Assembly (NCBI GenBank): GCA_033764505.1
Contig: JANRIW010000027.1
Span: forward strand, 7,831-71,830
From: Gemmatimonadales bacterium
Lineage (GTDB): Bacteria; Gemmatimonadota; Gemmatimonadetes; Gemmatimonadales; GWC2-71-9
Direction: 5' to 3'
Length of the DNA stretch: 64,000 nucleotides
Below the pieces are notes generated by a model. That model saw nothing but the letters and a program-made list of their open reading frames with translations, searched no databases and was not told the DNA's origin. Shown piece after piece: positions 58,195 through 64,000 of this stretch; position 1 is the stretch's first letter, and every line of letters starts with the position of its first letter. A program made the position numbers and the translations under genes.

Positions 58195-59733
58195 ATGCGC
58201 ATCAATCGTCGTTTCTTTTCACACTCCGTACTGCTCTTCGGCTCGCTGGCACTCACCACCGGACCTGACCCGGTCGACTCGGTCATGGTCGCCAAGATTC
58301 GCGAGGAAGGGCTCCAGCGCTCGCGGGTGATGGACATAGCCGGTTACATGACTGACGTGCTGGGTGCCCGTCTCACGGTCTCCGAGGATATGACCCGCGC
58401 CCAGGCATGGGTACAGGACGAGATGCGCCGGATCGGACTGACGAATGTCGCAGCCGAACCGTTCATGGACTTCGGGGTTACCTGGGACAACACCTTCACC
58501 TCGCTCCACATGGCGGCACCGGACTATCAGCCGATGGTCGGCTATCCGGTCGCACACACTCCCGGCACCGACGGCCGCCAGGTGGTCGATGCGGTGATCG
58601 TCGATCCGCAACTCAAGCAGGATCTCGAAGCACTGCGCGGGACACTGCGCGGCAAGGCGGTGCTGGTGACGCCACCAGTCGAGATCAGTCTGGCGCCGCT
58701 CACCAACGGGGTGCCCCGCCGCACCGAGGCCGAGCTGGCCGCGATGGAACAGGTGACGATCGCGCCGGCGCGCCCGGCGCCACAGCGCACCATCCGCCAT
58801 CCCGATCTCCTCTCCGCACAGGAGAAGATGGCCTTCTACAAGGCCGAGGGCGTTGCAGCAGTGCTGCAGTCGGAGAGCGGCTGGCTCGGCGCGGTGCGCG
58901 GCTTCTCGCGACCGGGATCGCGCGGTGACGGCTGGTCCCGCGCGGGGAATCTGGCATCGCCACCGATCATCGCCATCACCCCGGAGCATTACAACCGGAT
59001 GTACCGGATTCTCAAGCGCGGCATACCGGTCCGTGTCGACCTCGAGGTCCACAACAAGATGGGTGAGCAGGTGGTGCAGGCGAGGAACATCGTCGGCGAG
59101 ATTCCCGGCAGCGACCTCAAGGACGAGATCGTGATGATCGGGGCGCACTTCGACACCTGGCACGCCTCGCCCAACGCCAGCGACAACACCTCCGGCGTGG
59201 CCGTGGTGCTCGAGGCCGCCCGGATCCTCAAGGCGGTCGGCGCCAAGCCGCGCCGCACGATCCGGATCGCGCTCTGGGCCGGCGAGGAACAGGGGCTGTT
59301 CGGCTCGCGGGCCTATGTACGGCAGCATTTCGGCGATCCCCGGGATGCCGCCATCGGCACCCGGCCGGGCTACCAGAAACTGTCCGTCTATTTCAATCAG
59401 GATTACGGCGCCGGACAGTATCGCGGCATTCACCTGCAGGGCAACGAGCATGCGCGCACCCTTCTCACTGCCTGGATGCAACCGTTCCGCGACCTCGGCA
59501 TGACCGCGGTCTCCAATCAGAGTCTCGGCAGCACCGATCACATCGCCTTCGACGAAGTCGGTCTGCCGGGGTTCCAGTTCCTGCAGGATCGCATCCCGGG
59601 GACGGGCGGGCACACCAACCTCGATCCGCTCGAGGCGATCGTGCCGGAGGATCTGATGAAGAACGCCACCATCATGGCGTCGTACGTCTACCACGCGGCG
59701 ATGGCGGATGAGCGGGTGCCGAGGAAGCCGTGA
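58195..59733 (+). CDS. M28 family metallopeptidase
   Basis: GAHFD, DNTSG, GEEQGL, TDH, HTNLD. Confidence 0.9.
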   Translation: MRINRRFFSHSVLLFGSLALTTGPDPVDSVMVAKIREEGLQRSRVMDIAGYMTDVLGARLTVSEDMTRAQAWVQDEMRRIGLTNVAAEPFMDFGVTWDNTFTSLHMAAPDYQPMVGYPVAHTPGTDGRQVVDAVIVDPQLKQDLEALRGTLRGKAVLVTPPVEISLAPLTNGVPRRTEAELAAMEQVTIAPARPAPQRTIRHPDLLSAQEKMAFYKAEGVAAVLQSESGWLGAVRGFSRPGSRGDGWSRAGNLASPPIIAITPEHYNRMYRILKRGIPVRVDLEVHNKMGEQVVQARNIVGEIPGSDLKDEIVMIGAHFDTWHASPNASDNTSGVAVVLEAARILKAVGAKPRRTIRIALWAGEEQGLFGSRAYVRQHFGDPRDAAIGTRPGYQKLSVYFNQDYGAGQYRGIHLQGNEHARTLLTAWMQPFRDLGMTAVSNQSLGSTDHIAFDEVGLPGFQFLQDRIPGTGGHTNLDPLEAIVPEDLMKNATIMASYVYHAAMADERVPRKP

Positions 59734-59740
59734 TATCTGG

Positions 59741-59768
59741 GTCGTGAGTCGTGAGTCGTGAGTCGAGA
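59741..59768. repeat. (GTCGTGA)x3 GTCGAGA heptamer array
   Basis: Read directly, 7 nt after the peptidase stop. Confidence 0.85.
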
Positions 59769-59777
59769 GAGGATCAG

Positions 59778-61052
59778 ATGACCGGTCGACGTGAGTTTCT
59801 CAGCGCTCTTGGGGCGGCCACCGCCCTGCCGATGTTCCGTCCCGAGGCGATGCAGCGGGTGGCGCGCGCGGCGGGGTCGAGTGCCGGTGCGCCGGACGAC
59901 GAGTCGTACTGGGGCGAGATCCAGCGGGCGTTCGACCTCGATCGCACGATGATCAACCTCAACAACGGCGGCGTCTGCCCGTCGCCGACCCACGTCCTCG
60001 AGCAGATGATCCGCGACCTCCGGTTCAGCAACGAGCTCCCGGTGCACCACATGTGGGCGGTGCTCGAGCCGCGGATCGAAAGCGTGCGGCGCGAACTGGC
60101 CCACGACTTCGGCTGCGACCCCGAGGAGATGGCGATCACCCGGAATGCCTCCGAGTCACTCGAGAACGTGATCCTCGGGTGCAACCTGAAGCCGGGTGAC
60201 GAGGTGCTGGTCACCAACCAGAACTACGGCCGGATGCTCACCACCTGGGAGCAGCGGGTGCGGCGCGAGGGGATCGTGCTCAAGCAGGTCTCCTTCGACG
60301 TGCGGAACCCGTCACCGGCCTACCTCGTGGACGTCTTTCGCAAGGCGATCACGCCGCGCACCAAGATCCTCGAGGTGACGCACATCACCAACCTCACCGG
60401 ACAGATCTTCCCGGTGCGCGAGGTGATCGACATGGCGCACGAGCGCGGCGTCGAGGTGTTCGTGGACGGGGCACACGCGTACGCGCACTTCCCCTTCACG
60501 CGCGACGCCCTCAACGTGGATTACTACGGCACCTCGCTGCACAAGTGGTTGCTGGCCCCGATCGGCACCGGCTTCCTCTACGTGCGCAAGGCCAAGATCG
60601 GCGGCATCTGGCCGATGATGGCGGCCTCGGCCGCGATGAACGACAACATCCGGAAGTACGAGGAGATCGGCACCCATCCCGCGGCCAACCACAACGCGAT
60701 CGCCTCGGCCCTCGCCTTCCATCACAGCATCGGCGGCGAGCGCAAGATCGCGCGGCTCCGCTTCCTCCGCGATCGCTGGGCCAAGCGCCTGCTGGCTTTC
60801 AGCCCGCGCGTGCGCGTGCCGACGCCGCTCGAGGGAACCTCGGCGGGAGCGATTGCCCTGATCAGCGTCGAGGGACTGGACGCGAGCAAGTTCGCCGCCT
60901 GGCTGCTCGAGAAGCACCGCGTGGTGACGGTCGCGATCAATCACCCGGAGTTCTCCGGCCTTCGGATCACGCCGAACGTCTACACGACCCTCGACGAGAT
61001 CGACACGTTTGCCGGCCTGGTGGAGCGTGCCATCACCAAGGGAATCGCCTGA
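59778..61052 (+). CDS. Class V aminotransferase-fold PLP enzyme with Tat signal
   Basis: GRREFL; NLNNGG, VDGAH, SLHKWL.AP.GTG. Confidence 0.9.
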   Translation: MTGRREFLSALGAATALPMFRPEAMQRVARAAGSSAGAPDDESYWGEIQRAFDLDRTMINLNNGGVCPSPTHVLEQMIRDLRFSNELPVHHMWAVLEPRIESVRRELAHDFGCDPEEMAITRNASESLENVILGCNLKPGDEVLVTNQNYGRMLTTWEQRVRREGIVLKQVSFDVRNPSPAYLVDVFRKAITPRTKILEVTHITNLTGQIFPVREVIDMAHERGVEVFVDGAHAYAHFPFTRDALNVDYYGTSLHKWLLAPIGTGFLYVRKAKIGGIWPMMAASAAMNDNIRKYEEIGTHPAANHNAIASALAFHHSIGGERKIARLRFLRDRWAKRLLAFSPRVRVPTPLEGTSAGAIALISVEGLDASKFAAWLLEKHRVVTVAINHPEFSGLRITPNVYTTLDEIDTFAGLVERAITKGIA

Positions 61053-61078
61053 ACGCGGTGGCGATCAGCTGGCACACG

Positions 61079-61155
61079 AACGGGCGGCGAACCACCAGCA
61101 TCACCGGTGAGTCGCCGCCCGTTTGCCATCCCCCGGCGCGAGGCCGGGGCATGGC
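61079..61155. terminator. Tandem hairpins between convergent genes
   Basis: AACGGGCGGCGA/TCGCCGCCCGTT stem and a second GC stem at 61125-61155. Confidence 0.6.
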
Positions 61156-61158
61156 GGT

Positions 61159-61533
61159 CTACCGCAGGTAGAGGTAGAGCCCGTAGAGCCACACCGCCGC
61201 GCCGACGAAGGTGATCACGCTCTCGTCGAGGAGCAGGCCGGTCACGATGCCGGCGCCGCCGACGATCATGAGCGTCGAGCCCTGTCCGCGAGCGCGCATG
61301 GCGGCGACTGCCCCGGCGGCCCGCGCCGCTTCGGCACGATCCTCGGCGACCACGAGTGCCGGCGCCTCGACCGGTGCGGCCAGGCGCACCGGCAGCGGCT
61401 TCACGGCAAAGGACGCCGCAGGGGCGACCGCGGCGACCGGTGCACGATCCGCCGTGACGCCCTGGGCGCCCGCGGTCCCGACCAACAACAGGAGGGCGCT
61501 ACTCGCTCCGACAACGCGCTGGATCATGGACAT
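61159..61533 (-). CDS. Hypothetical protein with signal peptide and C-terminal TM hairpin
   Basis: Signal ending AGAQ; LMIVGGAG...GLYLYLR. Confidence 0.7.
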   Translation of the reverse strand: MSMIQRVVGASSALLLLVGTAGAQGVTADRAPVAAVAPAASFAVKPLPVRLAAPVEAPALVVAEDRAEAARAAGAVAAMRARGQGSTLMIVGGAGIVTGLLLDESVITFVGAAVWLYGLYLYLR

Positions 61534-61578
61534 GTGCTGCTCCTGAATCGAGTTTCGAAAACGGGTCATCACGCGCTG

Positions 61579-62052
61579 CTAGTGACCAAGCGTGAAGTTG
61601 AGGCCGGCCGAGAGCTGCATCGTCGAGCCCGAGCCGAGGATCGCCCGCAGTTCCGCGAAGGGGTGGACGCTTCCGCGCAACGATTCGACACCAGCCAGCA
61701 GGTTGGCGCGCGCCCGCGTGTTCGACTCACCCCGATCAGGCTTGTTGCCCGAGAGGTTCAACCCGCCGCCGACATAGAGCCAGTTCCGCAACTCGCTGCT
61801 GACCCGGTACTTGAGGTCCATGTTCAGCGCCCAGGAACTGCCCTGGTCGGGAAAGAAGATGTCGAAGGAGGGATAGAACTCGAGCTGGCGCGCGACAGGG
61901 ACACCGAGCTGCGCACCGACACCGAGCATCTCGGCATCCACGTTGTAGGAGAGCCGGGGGCCGAGGTGGAGGGCGGACGTCTGGGCGTGGGCCGGCACGG
62001 CGCCGGCCAGGACCAACGCGGCGAGCACGAGGAGCGTCGAACGATTCTTCAT
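61579..62052 (-). CDS. Small outer-membrane beta-barrel protein
   Basis: Signal AHAQ; LYVGGGLN, PFAELR, terminal GLNF. Confidence 0.8.
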   Translation of the reverse strand: MKNRSTLLVLAALVLAGAVPAHAQTSALHLGPRLSYNVDAEMLGVGAQLGVPVARQLEFYPSFDIFFPDQGSSWALNMDLKYRVSSELRNWLYVGGGLNLSGNKPDRGESNTRARANLLAGVESLRGSVHPFAELRAILGSGSTMQLSAGLNFTLGH

Positions 62053-62200
62053 CAGGGGTGACCTCATTTGGGACAACGGCACGTAGCGCAGCGGCATCAA
62101 TGACGTGGAGTTCCACTGCACACCGAAAGCTCGCGGGAGGTGCACCGCGAGCCCATCGCCCAAGAGGTTGAAATCGGGACTAGTCCGAGAGAGCGGCTCG

Positions 62201-63025
62201 TCAGAGCCCGTGCGCAAATCCTTCACGAAAGGACGGATAGTCGGGACGCCATCCGGTGGCACGCAGGGCCGCCGTCGCGATGCGCTGATTGGAACGTGCC
62301 GGTGCGCCCTCCCCCTCGAAGGTGAGCGCGTCCGCATCGCGGCCCGCGCTCGCGGCGAGCCAGCGGGCAATGTCGGCAGCGTGGGCCGGGGCACCATCGG
62401 CGACGTTGAGCACGCGGGGCGTGCCGTGGTGGTCGAGCGCCCCCACGATCGCGGTCACGATGTCGGCACGGTGCGCGAAGTTGACCCGGTACTCACCGCG
62501 CATCGCCAATTGCCCCGCGAACTCGAAGCGCGGACGGGGATCGCGCCCCGGTCCGTAGATCCCGGCCACGCGCAACACGGTCACCCCCGAGAGTCCCGAC
62601 GTCAGGAGCAGCTGTTCCGCCTCGATCAGCGCACGGTTGCCAGGCCCCTCACCACGCAGCACGGTGGTCTCGTCCACCCAGCCGCCATCACGTTCGCCAT
62701 AGACGCCGGTGCTCGACGTGTAGACGAGTGCGCGGGCCCCACTGGCCTCGGCGAGGGCCACCGCGGCACGTGCCGCGGGAGGATAGACGCGATCGTACCC
62801 GTCGAGGGCGCTGCTCGGCGCCACCGCGAGGACCACGGCATCGAGCGAGGCGGGGAGCTCGGCCACTGCCCCGGTCGTGACGTCGCCGCGAAGCCATGTC
62901 ACCCCCGGGTGCGGTGGGTGGTCACGGCGACGAACCGCCCAGACCAGGTCACCGCGGCTGGCGAGCGCCGTGGCCACCGCACCGCCGACATAGCCCGCGC
63001 CGAGAATGGCGACGCGACGGCGCAC
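62201..63025 (-). CDS. Atypical SDR / NAD-dependent epimerase (YeeZ-like)
   Basis: ILGAGYVG, YTSSTGVYG, LRVAGIYGPGR, YPSFREG. Confidence 0.88.
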   Translation of the reverse strand: MRRRVAILGAGYVGGAVATALASRGDLVWAVRRRDHPPHPGVTWLRGDVTTGAVAELPASLDAVVLAVAPSSALDGYDRVYPPAARAAVALAEASGARALVYTSSTGVYGERDGGWVDETTVLRGEGPGNRALIEAEQLLLTSGLSGVTVLRVAGIYGPGRDPRPRFEFAGQLAMRGEYRVNFAHRADIVTAIVGALDHHGTPRVLNVADGAPAHAADIARWLAASAGRDADALTFEGEGAPARSNQRIATAALRATGWRPDYPSFREGFAHGL

Positions 63026-63038
63026 CGGACTCGACAGA

Positions 63039-63260
63039 TCAGTTTCCCCGGGCGTACGACTCGAGATAACCGCAGCCGGTGCAGCGGAAGGTGCGCACGG
63101 GAAGTCGCTCGCGATCACGCGTCTTCAATCCGGTCCAGAACGAGTTCTCGGGGGCGCCCTCGAGCCACTCGGCCGTCGAGGCGACGTTCATGTGTCCCTT
63201 GTCGAGGAGGAAGCCCTCCTCCATGGCACGCTGGCACTTCGGACAGGTCGATACCGACAT
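63039..63260 (-). CDS. Small zinc-ribbon protein (DUF6487-like)
   Basis: CPKC...MEEGF...RCTGCGYLESYA. Confidence 0.8.
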   Translation of the reverse strand: MSVSTCPKCQRAMEEGFLLDKGHMNVASTAEWLEGAPENSFWTGLKTRDRERLPVRTFRCTGCGYLESYARGN

Positions 63261-63295
63261 GGTACAGGCACTCCACGCAAAAGGTGACGAACCGA

Positions 63296-63670
63296 CTACA
63301 GCATCCCCATCGCCATCCCCGAGAAGAACGGCACGAGCCAGATGGTCCACACCACCACGCTGACCCGATGGAACGTGGTCAGCGCCCGCGTGTCCCCGCG
63401 ACGGAGCACCACCGTGGCCCACACGGCGTGGCAGAGCATCAGGGTCAGGGCCAGCAGTCCGGTGAGGGTGTGCACGCCGAGGGTGAGTCCGCCGGCGTAG
63501 CGGCGCATCAGCTCGGTGCCCCCGGTGTCGGCCATCAAGCCGACCCAGAAGAGGACCGCGTACCAGGGCCGCAGGCGTCCGGCGATCCGCTCCCCCCACA
63601 CACCGGCGGTGTAGCAGGTGAGGGCGATCAGCATGAGGAGCGCGGCGAGGCGAATGGTCGCGGGCATCAA
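63296..63670 (-). CDS. HsmA/TIGR03987-like small membrane protein
   Basis: YTAGVWGE, FWVGL.ADT.GT, HTLTG...LM..HAVWA. Confidence 0.75.
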   Translation of the reverse strand: MMPATIRLAALLMLIALTCYTAGVWGERIAGRLRPWYAVLFWVGLMADTGGTELMRRYAGGLTLGVHTLTGLLALTLMLCHAVWATVVLRRGDTRALTTFHRVSVVVWTIWLVPFFSGMAMGML

Positions 63671-63691
63671 TCCCTCTTCCGAACCGGTGTC

Positions 63692-64000
63692 CTACTGCGC
63701 CGCACCGGTCGCGTAGCGCAGCACCGCGGCATAGTGACAGGCGCTGCCGGCGAGCACGAAGAGATGCCAGACAGCGTGGCGATAGGGCCGATGCCCCTTC
63801 ACGTAGAACACCACCCCGATGGTGTAGCAGAGGCCGCCAGCGATCAGCCAGCCGAGACCCGCGGCCGGCAACGCGCGCGCGAGTGGGCCGATGGCCACCA
63901 CGGCCAGCCACCCCATGCCCACGTACATCGCCGTCGACAGCCGCGGGAAGCGGAAGCCAAGGAGGGTCTTGTGGAGGATGCCGAACGCGGCAAGCCCCCA
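63692..64000 (-). CDS. Hemolysin III / PAQR family membrane protein (5' part outside window)
   Basis: YVGMGW, GGLCYTIG, HAVWHLFVLAG..CHY. Confidence 0.92.
   Translation of the reverse strand, partial: WGLAAFGILHKTLLGFRFPRLSTAMYVGMGWLAVVAIGPLARALPAAGLGWLIAGGLCYTIGVVFYVKGHRPYRHAVWHLFVLAGSACHYAAVLRYATGAAQ

Noticed and set aside
1-64000. tRNA/rRNA genes, prophage, IS transposase, integrase or reverse transcriptase
   Set aside because: No such motifs were recognised; small ncRNAs or riboswitches cannot be excluded without an Rfam search.

Overview
High-GC bacterial chromosomal segment with about 67 CDS. The gene repertoire (Ser/Thr kinase-TPR fusion, DUF5916, beta-propeller lipoproteins, PolX-nth cluster) suggests Gemmatimonadota, but this is an inference. 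Most genes are housekeeping, envelope or transport: two ABC efflux operons, an ECF transporter, a glycoside-utilisation cluster and a DNA-repair cluster. No rRNA, tRNA, CRISPR array or recognisable transposase/integrase was seen. The most unusual signal is non-coding. At least 12 intergenic sites carry 7- or 8-nt tandem arrays of four motif types (GTGAAAG, AAAGAGAG, TTGGATG, GTCGTGA), often built as purine-rich arm / short core / complementary arm and starting at or near a stop codon. Two copies 9 kb apart share a 20-nt core (GGAAG-N7-GACAACCC). A Cas4-like/exonuclease (DUF2779) gene is bracketed by about 45-bp inverted copies of hairpin plus heptamer array, next to a DUF4160/DUF2442 toxin-antitoxin pair. 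Other points: a PolX lacking its catalytic aspartates, a poly-G frameshift in a DUF5916 gene, two genes that appear to need non-canonical starts, and many apparently leaderless genes. All family assignments come from motif recognition by eye, with no database searches.
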